Under the pieces are notes generated by a model that worked only from the letters and a program-made list of their open reading frames with translations, was not told the origin of the DNA and made no database searches. Shown one piece after another: positions 1-9,255 of a DNA stretch of 32,000 nt. The position numbers and the translations under genes were made by a program. Every line of letters starts with the position of its first letter. Positions within the stretch are counted from its first letter, which is position 1. The stretch is from Desulfocapsa sulfexigens DSM 10523 (lineage in GTDB: Bacteria > Desulfobacterota > Desulfobulbia > Desulfobulbales > Desulfocapsaceae). The stretch is from contig NC_020304.1 in assembly GCF_000341395.1 (NCBI RefSeq), positions 810,001-842,000 on the forward strand, given 5' to 3'.

Positions 1-29
1 ACGATGATGCGCAAAAGTCCTGTTTTCAT
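1..29 (-). CDS. N-terminus of an unseen downstream gene (partial, first ~9-10 residues MKTGLLRII..), candidate dedicated sortase
   Basis: ATG on the minus strand at 29..27 overlaps the TGA stop (28..26) of the VIT/vWA gene in an ATGA coupling. Hydrophobic N-terminal start. Sortase identity is only inferred from the neighbours. Confidence 0.4.
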
Positions 30-2159
30 GCCCGCTGCCTCCTTCCCCAAAACAGAAATAAAAACGCAATAAGCAGCAGAAAGGCCCCAATAACAATTTG
101 AAGCTGAGCAGGAGTCGCTGTTTTCGCAGTACCACCAAATATTTTCTGTGCCTGCCAGCCATGGGGAAGATTGCTTCTCAGGGCTGACTGACGAAGATCT
201 TCTTCAGGAGGACGTGACACTTCTTTTTCAACTGCCACCAGACTGGTATAACGACTGACCAGATGATGGGCCAATGCGGTATTCAGCACTTCCCTCCGAA
301 CATCCTCCTCCATTGCCCCAAGCGCCAGAGAATCCATCAGGGAACGAATCTTCTTTCTTGCCCAGAGTGTTGCAATCCCGGGCCTCTCTGCAAGTTTCTG
401 CAAGTCCACTTGTTCCTGCCACAGATCAAGACCGAGATGACCACTGATACTCAGGACCTCCTGTTCATTTCCTTCCGGTATCTTCAGAGAAACCACCAGG
501 GGCTCTCCCGCATAGAGGTCCGCAATGGGATTTGGATAACCCAGCAAAGACTTACCACTGCTGTTTTTCACCGCGATATCGGTGATCGCAGGATGCTCCA
601 GTTTCTGAAACAACCGGGCCATCTTTTCCTCCACTTCACTCGTCTTTCCGATATAGGTATAACTCCCCCGCCCCATACCAGCTGCCCGTGACATAAAGTA
701 GGAATTGGGAGCAGAACCGATGCCAACAGTAAAGAGACGGGAATCACCAAGCCGCGAGGCAATCATGGCAAGGAGTTCTTTTTCATTTCCAACACTGCCA
801 TCGGTGAGAAACATAACCTGACGGATGCGCTCATGATTCTTTCTTCCATCAAGTGCCAGATCCAGTGCCCTGGCAATCTCGGTGCCCCCTTCAGCCTTGA
901 GAGAACTGACAAACCTGATCGCCTTTTTCCGGTGTTCTGCATCGGCCGCTTCGGCGTGGTCAAATAACCTCCTGGAATCGGAATTAAATTCAATCACGTT
1001 GAAACGATCATGTTCGCTGAGACGTGAAATGGCGAGAATCAACGCTTCCCGTGCCTGGACAATTGAAGGGCCGGCCATAGATCCCGAGGTATCCAGCACA
1101 AAGACAACCTCCCTTGGAGGTGCCTGCCCGGTAAGATCAAGGGTCGGGGGACTGAGCATCATCAACAGATAGGTATCACCGCCATGTTTTTCGCTGAAAA
1201 GTGCTGCATGGGGATGATACTGTTGTGCCGCCTCCCATTCGAGAACAAAATCACGATCCGCCTTCACACTACCATCAAAGTGAAGCACCTTCACATCTCT
1301 CTCTTTGTCTTCCACGGTTATACCATGATAGAGACTCTCAAGCCTGGACACAGGAAATCCTGCAGCCAGTTCAACCATAAGACGAACTGGATTCTGCTGT
1401 CTATCTGATGCAACGGGAGGTGTGATTCGTGATGCGTCGGGAACCCGATCGGTATCCATGGCCCAGCCCGTACCACTAAACTGAATTGTCCCCACATCGC
1501 TATCCGCCATCAAAGGCCTTCCAGGGATATAACGTGGTCCAACCACCATGGGAAAGCGAAGGGAAAACACCCCATTGCTCAAAGCCACCACCTGCTGGAA
1601 CTGGATTTCAACCTCTATCTCTTCACCGGGAGGAATATTGGCAACGGCCATTGTGAAAATATTTGCTCGTTCCTGAGAGAGAAGAGAGGCCTTCTTTCCC
1701 TCTTTTTTTTGCCTTTTCGTACACCTTTTTTGCTTCTTCTTTCTCCCTTATCTCTCCTTCGATTAACCTTTCGCCAATTTTCATTCGCAGCTGATCCACA
1801 GCAGATTCATCTGGCAGAGGAAAAACATAAATCGCCTCCTGCCACCGATCCGTGTTATTGGCAAAGCGTTGCCGAACCATGGTTCTTGCCGTCATGGCGC
1901 TTATATATATCTCCACATCCTGTGAAAGCTGTGGTGCAGCTTCATATTTTCCTTCATTACCACTCGCAGCAAAGAGCAAAGAACCCTGCTGCACATCCGA
2001 CAGAATTACTTCTCTGTTTGCCACGGAATCCAAAGCCGCATAGCCATCTGCTACCATGGATAGAAGAATAATAACCATCACCAATCCCACATACACGACG
2101 AAGAGCGTATTCCCCGGATCCAGTGCTGTTCTTCTTCTGTCATCTTTCCTGTTGGCCAT
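26..2159 (-). CDS. VIT domain + von Willebrand factor A domain protein, resembling the proteobacterial/marine sortase target protein family; interrupted by an apparent single-base frameshift at ~1711-1718
   Basis: Two ORFs join into one protein: 1623..2204 has an N-terminal TM (NTLFVVYVGLVMVIILLSMV) and a VIT domain (QEAIYVFPLPDESAVDQLRMKIGERLIEGEIREKEEAKKVYEKAK). 26..1651 continues with KKASLLSQERANIFTMAVANIPPGEEIEVEIQFQQ, then vWA MIDAS (VFVLDTSGSMAGPS) and a C-terminal TM plus basic tail. Total length 2134 nt = 3x711+1, consistent with one extra base. Confidence 0.85.
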
Positions 2160-2271
2160 TTGTCTCTCCTGTCTCGTAATAAATTGCACAAATCCTCTTT
2201 TCACTGTCCCTCAATAAAGTCCATGACAATGACAAATGAAGGAGAGAACAATGACTTTTCACCTTTAAAAA

Positions 2272-2287
2272 ATGACACATTATGACA
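2272..2287. promoter_or_regulatory. Possible OmpR-type tandem direct repeat (ATGACA-N4-ATGACA) in the divergent promoter region
   Basis: ATGACA at 2272..2277 and 2282..2287 (10-bp period), with further copies at 2223..2228 and 2229..2234, between the divergent VIT/vWA and response regulator genes. Confidence 0.25.
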
Positions 2288-2364
2288 AAATGCATCCGAT
2301 GATGGCCAGATGTAACTATTTGTGCTAAGAGAGGGGTGAGTAAGAGCTTAACTCGTGGAGAAAA

Positions 2365-3066
2365 ATGACATACACAATAGCCCTGGTAGAAGATGACGAG
2401 GCCCTGCGCAATAACTACGCCCAGGCCCTGATACGTGACGGTTACCAGGTAAACAGCTATGATTCAAGAGCTGAGGCGAGTAGCGCCTTTGCAAGCAAAC
2501 TTCCCGATCTTGCAATCCTTGATGTGATGCTTCACGATGAAATGGAGGGAGGATTTGAGCTCTGCCGGGAACTGCGGAACCTGTCCCCCACTCTCCCCAT
2601 CATCTTTCTCACTGCCAGAAACTCTGACCTGGATCGCGTTTCCGGTCTTCGCCTTGGTGCCTGGGATTACCTCACCAAAGACACCACCACTCTTGACTTT
2701 CTTCCGGTACGTATCTCGGCTCTTTTCAAGATGTTGGAAGCCATTGCAGGAACAGCAACTCGCCGGGATGAGACTGTTGTCGTTCACGGTTCGCTTCGTA
2801 TCGAGGAGGAACGGAAACAGATTTACTGGAAAGATAAACAGATCAGCCTGACTCTCACGGAATTCTGGATTTTAACTGCCCTTGTTCGAAGGCCTGGTCA
2901 CGTAAAATCACATGACCAGCTTATGGCTGCGGCAAACGTGGTGGTCACCAATAACGCCATCGCTGCCCATGTGAGAAGAATCAGGGAAAAATTTCGTGAA
3001 ACAGACCCTGAATTTGATGCCATCAGTGCCGAGTATGGAATGGGATATCGCTGGATTGAGCGGTAG
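2365..3066 (+). CDS. pdsR: OmpR-family response regulator, similar to the proteobacterial dedicated sortase system response regulator (PdsR)
   Basis: Receiver domain (IALVEDDEALRNNYAQAL, LAILDVMLHDEMEGGFELCRELR, PIIFLTARNSDLDRVSGLRLGAWDYLTKD) plus C-terminal winged helix (LTLTEFWILTALVRRPGHVKSHDQLM...RIREKFRETDPEFDAISAEYGMGYRW). Adjacent to the VIT/vWA target-like gene. Confidence 0.75.
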   Translation: MTYTIALVEDDEALRNNYAQALIRDGYQVNSYDSRAEASSAFASKLPDLAILDVMLHDEMEGGFELCRELRNLSPTLPIIFLTARNSDLDRVSGLRLGAWDYLTKDTTTLDFLPVRISALFKMLEAIAGTATRRDETVVVHGSLRIEEERKQIYWKDKQISLTLTEFWILTALVRRPGHVKSHDQLMAAANVVVTNNAIAAHVRRIREKFRETDPEFDAISAEYGMGYRWIER

Positions 3067-3399
3067 GGTTTTCTAATTCAGGCCATATATTATAATTCAA
3101 GCGCTTGAAATTCTGTCTTATTTTCCTCCGACCTCAGGTGTGAAATCTATTTTTTTCTGTTCGCTGTGTCCACTTGCCACCAAAACTCTGCAACCTTGAT
3201 TATTGACTCAATCTTTTTTTAATTACGTATATTCAGGAATAAGGTTAAATTCCAGTTTTGACAAATTGTTAAATATTACCAGTGCTCTCCTCTTACGGAA
3301 AGCGCAACTCTAAACTCTGCACAATGAGGTCCACTTGCATATTGGGAAGGCGGTTGTTATTATATTCTTACACGTAGCGAAGAGAACAGCTTTCAACTT

Positions 3400-3639
3400 A
3401 TGGAGAATATTATGGAACGTGTTGAACTGCCTTTGGCGGAGTACTCATTCGAACAAAAACTCGATCTGCTGGAAACTCTCTGGGATGACTTGGTAAAAAA
3501 TGATACTGTTTTTAAATCACCTGCTTGGCATGAGGAAATTCTCAAAGAACGTGAACAGGCTTTAAGTTCAGGGAAGATAAAGGTCTCTGACTGGGGAGAA
3601 GCTAAAAAAAGGATCAGAAGGAATGTTTCGTGCGGGTAG
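3400..3639 (+). CDS. Addiction-module component-type antitoxin (start may be 3412)
   Basis: Small acidic protein VELPLAEYSFEQKLDLLETLWDDLVKND..SPAWHEEILKEREQALSSGKIKVSDWGEAKKRIRRNV, typical of the antitoxins paired with ParE/RelE toxins. Overlaps the downstream toxin ORF. Confidence 0.8.
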   Translation: MENIMERVELPLAEYSFEQKLDLLETLWDDLVKNDTVFKSPAWHEEILKEREQALSSGKIKVSDWGEAKKRIRRNVSCG

Positions 3640-3926
3640 AAATTACAGACCTCGCTGAAAAGGACCTTGAACAAGGATATCTTTTTTATGAACAGCAACA
3701 GTTCGGACTTGGCACCTACTTCCTTGATGCACTTTACTCTGATATTGATTCCCTGTGTTTCTACGGCGGCATTCATTTAAAATTATGGGGATACCATCGC
3801 TTACTGTCCAAACATTTTCCTTTTGCCGTATATTACAGTGTGGCTGAAGACACTGTCCTCGTTATAGCGGTGCTTGATTGTCGTCGAAATCCAAGCTGGA
3901 TCAGGAAGAAATTAAAGGCACTATGA
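3630..3926 (+). CDS. RelE/ParE superfamily toxin
   Basis: 98 aa; VEITDLAEKDLEQGYLFYEQQQFGLGTYFLDALYSDIDSL...GYHRLLSKHFPFAVYYSVAEDTVLVIAVLDCRRNPSWI. GTG start overlapping the antitoxin 3' end. Confidence 0.82.
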   Translation: MRVEITDLAEKDLEQGYLFYEQQQFGLGTYFLDALYSDIDSLCFYGGIHLKLWGYHRLLSKHFPFAVYYSVAEDTVLVIAVLDCRRNPSWIRKKLKAL

Positions 3927-4370
3927 CTTTGTTACAGGAGTGTTCGGCCAAACATCCTCCTGAAAAGCTTCTTCTCCTAAGGTGCAGTTTCACTTCGGTG
4001 ATTCTGTTTTTTCTGTTTCTCCCCTCTACAATCAATAGCCATTACTAAGGTCTTCCGTTTTACATAATTCTAAAACATTACATTGCTACTATATATACGT
4101 AATAACATACATACATAACGATCATACTTTATTATCAATAACTGTCAGATTAGGTGATTGCCGCTGCTCTGGGACCAACCGAATCTCCAAAAAGCTATAA
4201 AGTTCTTTGATCAGTGATGTTTGATGCCTTGGCTGCAAGCCCTAAACATTTTATAAGACGTGGACAGATGGCACTCAAGTATAAAATTGGTATCTTAAAC
4301 TATTTTGCACATCGTACCACCATTGGTTCTGTCGAGGACATTCTCCATAAAATCAGTTAACCGGATAAAC

Positions 4371-6449
4371 CTATTTTTTCCCTGAAAGAAATAGTTTTTC
4401 AGAGGACTTAAGAAGATTTTTCCTGCCAAAGAGAGTGACTATATCACCGGCAGCAAAAGATGTAGTACCATGGGGGATATGTAAAACTCCCTCTCTATCC
4501 AGTGAGACCACATTTATGGAACCTGGGAGGTGTAATTCTTTGATGTTTTTTCCAACTGCGTAAGCCCCTGCCTTCAAACGAAATTCTGTAAAATCATTGT
4601 ACTGCTCCCGTCGTAACGTAGTCTGTTCCTCAAGCAACTGACCCCGTTGTTTACGCACAATACCAACATCATAGGCCCTTAAAATATCACTACGACTTAT
4701 CAGCCCAAGGAGCTTGTTTTTTGATTTTCTTGAAACAACCGGTAATCTCGCAAGATCTCTTGGAGCCATCTTCTGAATAGCTGTATAGATAGGCTCATCT
4801 GAGAACACCGTCAATGGGTCAACCGTTGCAAGATCTTCAACCTTTAATGTTCGAAGATTCACAGCTTCCGCTGATAAAGCCCTTTCCATATCTTGGAGAG
4901 TAACGATTCCCCAAAGTTCATCATTCTCATCAAGCACTGGAAAGCCAAGAAGGTTTGTTTCCTGGAAACGCTGATACAGCTCTGCAAGGCTCTGATTCTT
5001 ATAAATGGTCAGTGGTGAGCGCAGCATGACCTCACGCACCTGTACCCCCTGCATGATATCCTTATCGCGTCCCTGGTCAAAACGTATGCCACGTTTTACG
5101 AGCTTCACCGTATAAATGGATTCCGGATGCAGATACTGGGCAAGATAGGTAGCAGTAACCGCGGTGAGCATAAGTGGCAGGATGAGTGCGTAATCATTGC
5201 TCATTTCAAAAACAATAAGCATTGCAGTCAGCGGAGCGCGGGCACAGGCAGCAAAAACTGCAGCCATACCGACAAGGGCATAGGCACCTGGAGGTCCTGC
5301 AAGCTCTGGCTGCCAGGCAAAAAAAAGTTCTCCCATGGCCCCACCAAGCATTGCGCCTATAAAAAGCGAAGGGGCAAAGACACCACCAGAGTTTCCAGAA
5401 CCAAGGGTCAAGGAGGTGGCAAGTGGCTTTAAGAGGACAAGAAGAGCCAAAATCCAGAAATCCGTACCGCCATGCAACACCTCTTCAATAAAAGTAAATC
5501 CCGGTCCATAAACATGGGGAATATTTTCAATAAGCGGCATTCCCAACTGGAATTCGGTGGGATTACTAAAACTGGTATTGGTAAAGTTAATATAGAAAAC
5601 ACCAAGCAATCCAAGAAACAGAGCACCAACAGCAGGTTTCCACAGGAGAGGAAAATTCCAGTTATCAAAAACATCCTCAAACCAGGACAGCATTCGAATA
5701 AATGCTACACCGACGAGTGCGGCAACCAAGCCAAGAAGCAGATAAAAGAAAATGGTCAGGGGTGATTCCATTGTGTAGGACGGCACAGTAAAAGCCGGCC
5801 GGTCACCAAGATACATCTGACTGACCACAGCGGCAGAAACTGCTGCAATAACCACATTGCCAAAGGCACGGACCTTCAATTCACACATCAATACTTCAAT
5901 GGCAAAGGCAACACCTGCAATGGGAGCATTAAAAGTAGCTGCTATTCCTGCGGCGGCTCCACAGGCCACAAGGTTTTTTATACGGTCATCAGAGAGATGA
6001 AGAATCTGACCAACCGACGATCCAAGGGTGGCGCCAACTTGAACAATAGGTCCTTCACGTCCGGCTGATCCTCCGGTTCCGATACAGAGTGCAGAGGCAA
6101 CTATCTTTGCAATTGCGACACGTGGTCGAATCCTGCCTCCACTCATAACGAGTGCCTGCATAACTTCCGGCACCCCGTGCCCCTTTGCTTCACGGGCAAA
6201 CCAGGCTATTACAGGTCCAGCCAGCAAAGCCCCGCCGATTGGCACCAGGGCATAACTCCAGATGCCAAGATGAGGGAAGAGGAAGTGGACTGTGGTATAG
6301 GATCTGTTCTGGATAATTGCAATAAGATGGATAAAAGCCACGGCCGCAAGCCCTGTGGAGCCACCAATAATAACAGAGAGAGTCAGCAGCAACAATCCTT
6401 CGGGAGGAGTTGTTTTATCAAGAAGTGCACCAAAAGGGTTACGTTTCAT
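4371..6449 (-). CDS. clcA: ClC-family chloride channel/transporter with tandem CBS and C-terminal TrkA-C-like domain
   Basis: 692 aa; ClC motifs GTGGSAGREGPIVQVGA, GAAAGIAATFNAPIAGVAFAIE, GSGNSGGVFAPSLFIGAMLG; CBS pair (VMLRSPLTIYKNQSL..., EDLATVDPLTVFSDEPIYTAIQKM); TrkA-C-like tail. Confidence 0.9.
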   Translation of the reverse strand: MKRNPFGALLDKTTPPEGLLLLTLSVIIGGSTGLAAVAFIHLIAIIQNRSYTTVHFLFPHLGIWSYALVPIGGALLAGPVIAWFAREAKGHGVPEVMQALVMSGGRIRPRVAIAKIVASALCIGTGGSAGREGPIVQVGATLGSSVGQILHLSDDRIKNLVACGAAAGIAATFNAPIAGVAFAIEVLMCELKVRAFGNVVIAAVSAAVVSQMYLGDRPAFTVPSYTMESPLTIFFYLLLGLVAALVGVAFIRMLSWFEDVFDNWNFPLLWKPAVGALFLGLLGVFYINFTNTSFSNPTEFQLGMPLIENIPHVYGPGFTFIEEVLHGGTDFWILALLVLLKPLATSLTLGSGNSGGVFAPSLFIGAMLGGAMGELFFAWQPELAGPPGAYALVGMAAVFAACARAPLTAMLIVFEMSNDYALILPLMLTAVTATYLAQYLHPESIYTVKLVKRGIRFDQGRDKDIMQGVQVREVMLRSPLTIYKNQSLAELYQRFQETNLLGFPVLDENDELWGIVTLQDMERALSAEAVNLRTLKVEDLATVDPLTVFSDEPIYTAIQKMAPRDLARLPVVSRKSKNKLLGLISRSDILRAYDVGIVRKQRGQLLEEQTTLRREQYNDFTEFRLKAGAYAVGKNIKELHLPGSINVVSLDREGVLHIPHGTTSFAAGDIVTLFGRKNLLKSSEKLFLSGKK

Positions 6450-7116
6450 ACCACTTACTACCTTGCCTGGTAAATCTGGCCATGATGGCAGTTCATAGTT
6501 ACTACCTGGCCACTTTTCAGTTTCTCAATGGCACCCTTTACCCCTGTAATAACAGGAATATTTTTTTCCCGGCCAACAATTGCTGCATGCGATGTGAGCC
6601 CCGGTTGTTCGGTGATAATTCCAGCTGCGCCACTTAATTTGTCCAGCATATAATTATCGGTATAGCAGGCAACAAGAATATTCCCGACTTTAAATCCATC
6701 AAGGCTGTGGGGGTCTCCTATTACAGTGACCTCTGCCGTAACTGTTTCCTTGCCAATCCCCTGACCATGGAGGTTAATGTCTCCCACCTCATGGATCTTC
6801 AGCATATTGGTGGATCCACTTATTTTAAATGGAATGCCAGCAATAATAACAATGGTATCCCCCGATTTCATCAGATCACTTTCCATGGCACGAATGATTG
6901 CATCGTCAAAAAGCTTATTGACCGATTCTTCGTCGGAAACTTCCAGAGGTCTCACCCCCCAGAGTAACTGCATCTGCCTCCTCACTGATGCCTCCGGGCT
7001 TGTAGCGATTATGGCCGGCTGGGGACGATGACGAGCCACCATCCGGGCGGTCTGGCCACTCTGAGTTGCAGCAAGGATGGCATGTGCCTGCAAGTCACTG
7101 GCAATGGCACAGGCGG
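6420..7116. repeat. Direct repeat copy 1 (~697 bp): pyk 3' part plus clcA 5' end
   Basis: Matches 10516..11218 with scattered single-base differences and one 6-nt indel in the pyk-clcA spacer. From ~6461 to 7116 the offset is a constant 4102. Confidence 0.93.
6458..7116 (-). pseudogene. pyk: Truncated pyruvate kinase, C-terminal ~219 codons only
   Basis: Nearly identical to the C-terminal part of 10560..12305. Homology ends abruptly at 7116, ~30 bp past the end of the regA-like gene; the N-terminal catalytic domain is missing. Confidence 0.9.
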
Positions 7117-7142
7117 GAATTATAGTTGTCGCTGACCAGCGG

Positions 7143-7670
7143 TTATTTCGGGGCGTATTTGTAAAGTTTTCTCTGCAGGGTTCTCCTGTGGATGCCTAAC
7201 ATTTTGGAGGCGCAGCTGATATTGTTGTCGCAGTCCGCGAGCACCCGCTGGATATGTTCCCACTCCACCCTGGCCAGCGAAGGGGGCAGGATTTCCTCTT
7301 CGGGGTATTCCTGTTGCTGGTTGTCGTCGGAAAAGGCCTTGAGGATTTCGTCCAGATCAGCGGGTTTGGCCAGATAGGCGACTGCCCCCAGGCGGATGGC
7401 CTCAGTGGCCGTGGCAATGGAACCGTACCCGGTAAGCACGACGATGCGCAGTTCCGGGGCTATGGCCAGGGCATCTTTGATCAGGGACAGGCCGCTTTTT
7501 CCCGACATCTTCAGGTCGATGACGGCCATGGCGGGATGCTCCTGCTCAATGACGGACATGGCTTCATCGTAACAGCGGGCAGTGCAGGTGGTGTACCCCC
7601 TGCGGATAAATGCTTGATTCAATCGTTCCCTGAAGAAGTCTTCGTCATCAACCAGTAAAATCTTTTCCAT
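7143..7670 (-). CDS. regA: RegA/PrrA/ActR-type response regulator
   Basis: 175 aa; receiver (ILLVDDEDFFRERLNQAFIRRGY...AVIDLKMSGKSGLSLI...VVLTGYGSIATATEAIRLGAVAYLAKPAD) and Fis-type HTH (EWEHIQRVLADCDNNISCASKMLGIHRRTLQRKLYKYAPK). Paired with a RegB-like kinase. Confidence 0.88.
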   Translation of the reverse strand: MEKILLVDDEDFFRERLNQAFIRRGYTTCTARCYDEAMSVIEQEHPAMAVIDLKMSGKSGLSLIKDALAIAPELRIVVLTGYGSIATATEAIRLGAVAYLAKPADLDEILKAFSDDNQQQEYPEEEILPPSLARVEWEHIQRVLADCDNNISCASKMLGIHRRTLQRKLYKYAPK

Positions 7671-9060
7671 TTGTTCTCCCTGCTGTCTGCCTGCTGTTGC
7701 AGTTCTTCCTGGCCATATGCAGGGACAGGGTCAACGTAACCCTGGTGCCCTGATCCGGCAGCGGCTCTATGGAAAGGCCGCCGCCGAACTGTTCTGCCAT
7801 GCTCCTGGCAAGGAACAGGCCGAGGCCGAGCCCGGTATCCTTGGTGCTGAAGAAGGGGTTACTGGTTTGGGCTTCCAGTCTTTTTTCAATTCCAGTACCT
7901 CTATCACAGACTTCAATACCCAGATGTCCTGCATTGGTAAACCAGCGCAGGGTAACCTTCTCATGGGGGGGCGAGGCCTCGAGTCCGTTCTTCACCAGAC
8001 CCTTGATCGTCCGGCACAATGAACGGAAGGGCATGGCGATATTCAAATCTTCCGGTACTGTATCTATCCGGAGCCGCTTTCGCTCTTCTTCCCGGAGCTC
8101 GGTCAGGATCTGCTCCACCACCTGCTGGATCGAAAAACTCCTGATCTCTTCACCCAAATGCCCGCCGGCACCAGCTGTCATCTGATAGAGGATCTCCTTA
8201 CACTCCGTCACCTGCCTTCTGATCAGACGGGCATCGTCGAGGAGTTCGCCTCTGTCTCCCAGTTGTTCCAGGGTATGGATCATCTCACAGGAGATGACGG
8301 CCACCGTGCTGAGAGGGGTGGCAAGTTCGTGGGCAGCTCCGGCGGCAAAGGTGGCCAGGCCCGCCAGGCGCTCATGACGTTGCCGTTCCTTTTCCAGAGA
8401 TTGGATCTTGAGGCGGTTTTCAGTGAGAGCCCTCTGGATTTTACTGACAAAAAAGACCACGAACAGAGAGGTGACGACAAAGGCCCCTCCCATTCCCTTC
8501 AGGTGGAGTTGAAATGAGCCTGTGAGGATGTCGATCCGCTGCAGATCAGCAGGAGCCATGGCATTGGTGCTGGAAAGTTCGGAGATAAAAGCCGGCGGGA
8601 AGAAGAAGAGCAGGCTGTAGCAGGCCAAAGTGGTCGCGGTGATCAGCCAGGAGCACTTCTCCCTGAGAATGATGGCCCCGGTGACGATATGAATCAGGTA
8701 GAGAAATACAAAGGGATTCATGGCACCGCCGGTGACGTGCAGGAGTCCGGTGAGGAGGATGGTATCCATTAGAAGAATGACCAGAATTGTCTGGTTGGAA
8801 ATCGGGGCGTTGCGGTGCTGCCTGAGGTGAAGGTAAAGATTGCCGGCCACCTCAAAGAGGATTATGGCGGCAACCGGCAGGAGGGGGATATTAATGTGCA
8901 TTACCATCCAAACTGAGAAAATGAGAACAATCTGGCAAAGTACTGCGCCCCAACGCAGGGCCAGGAGCCAGGGAAGGGCTACGCTGACCTGTTCTGTCTG
9001 AGCCTGGCGGATGATGGGTTTGATATGGGAAAAGAGCATGGGTTTTTGAAAGGTACGCAT
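7648..9060 (-). CDS. regB: RegB/PrrB-type redox-sensing membrane histidine kinase
   Basis: 470 aa; multiple TMs, HVTGGAMNPFVFLYLIHIVTGAI (GGxxNPF quinone-site motif), H-box HELATPLSTVAV, Cys in RQVTECKEIL, ATPase GLGLGLFLARSMAEQFGG. Overlaps the regA-like gene by 23 bp. Confidence 0.88.
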   Translation of the reverse strand: MRTFQKPMLFSHIKPIIRQAQTEQVSVALPWLLALRWGAVLCQIVLIFSVWMVMHINIPLLPVAAIILFEVAGNLYLHLRQHRNAPISNQTILVILLMDTILLTGLLHVTGGAMNPFVFLYLIHIVTGAIILREKCSWLITATTLACYSLLFFFPPAFISELSSTNAMAPADLQRIDILTGSFQLHLKGMGGAFVVTSLFVVFFVSKIQRALTENRLKIQSLEKERQRHERLAGLATFAAGAAHELATPLSTVAVISCEMIHTLEQLGDRGELLDDARLIRRQVTECKEILYQMTAGAGGHLGEEIRSFSIQQVVEQILTELREEERKRLRIDTVPEDLNIAMPFRSLCRTIKGLVKNGLEASPPHEKVTLRWFTNAGHLGIEVCDRGTGIEKRLEAQTSNPFFSTKDTGLGLGLFLARSMAEQFGGGLSIEPLPDQGTRVTLTLSLHMARKNCNSRQTAGRTNGKDFTG

Positions 9061-9255
9061 TTATGGTTGCCTTCGTTCACAAAAGCTTCTGGGAAATTAT
9101 ACCACTTTCTGAAAGATGCGACAATATGCCACATTGTGATATTCTCCTCCGTGGGTTACATGTAAATTATCAGTGAAGTTTGATTGAGGGAGGCTGATCC
9201 TGATTTGCAGGTGTTGGTCGATAACTGTAAAAAGAAGATATGGAGGATAGTCATT

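Noticed and set aside
1690-1730. Programmed ribosomal frameshift as explanation for the VIT/vWA split
   Set aside because: Restoring the frame requires skipping one base (+1) on poly-A, not the usual -1 slippage, and topB shows the same one-extra-A pattern; error or transcriptional slippage is more likely.
4090-4140. Short ACATACATACATA tandem motif and TATATACGTA
   Set aside because: Too short and AT-rich to claim as a functional repeat or attachment site.
6707-7031. Plus-strand ORFs 6707..6967 and 6777..7031, repeated at 10809..11069 and 10879..11133
   Set aside because: They are duplicated only because they are antisense to the duplicated pyk sequence; not a separate repeated gene family.
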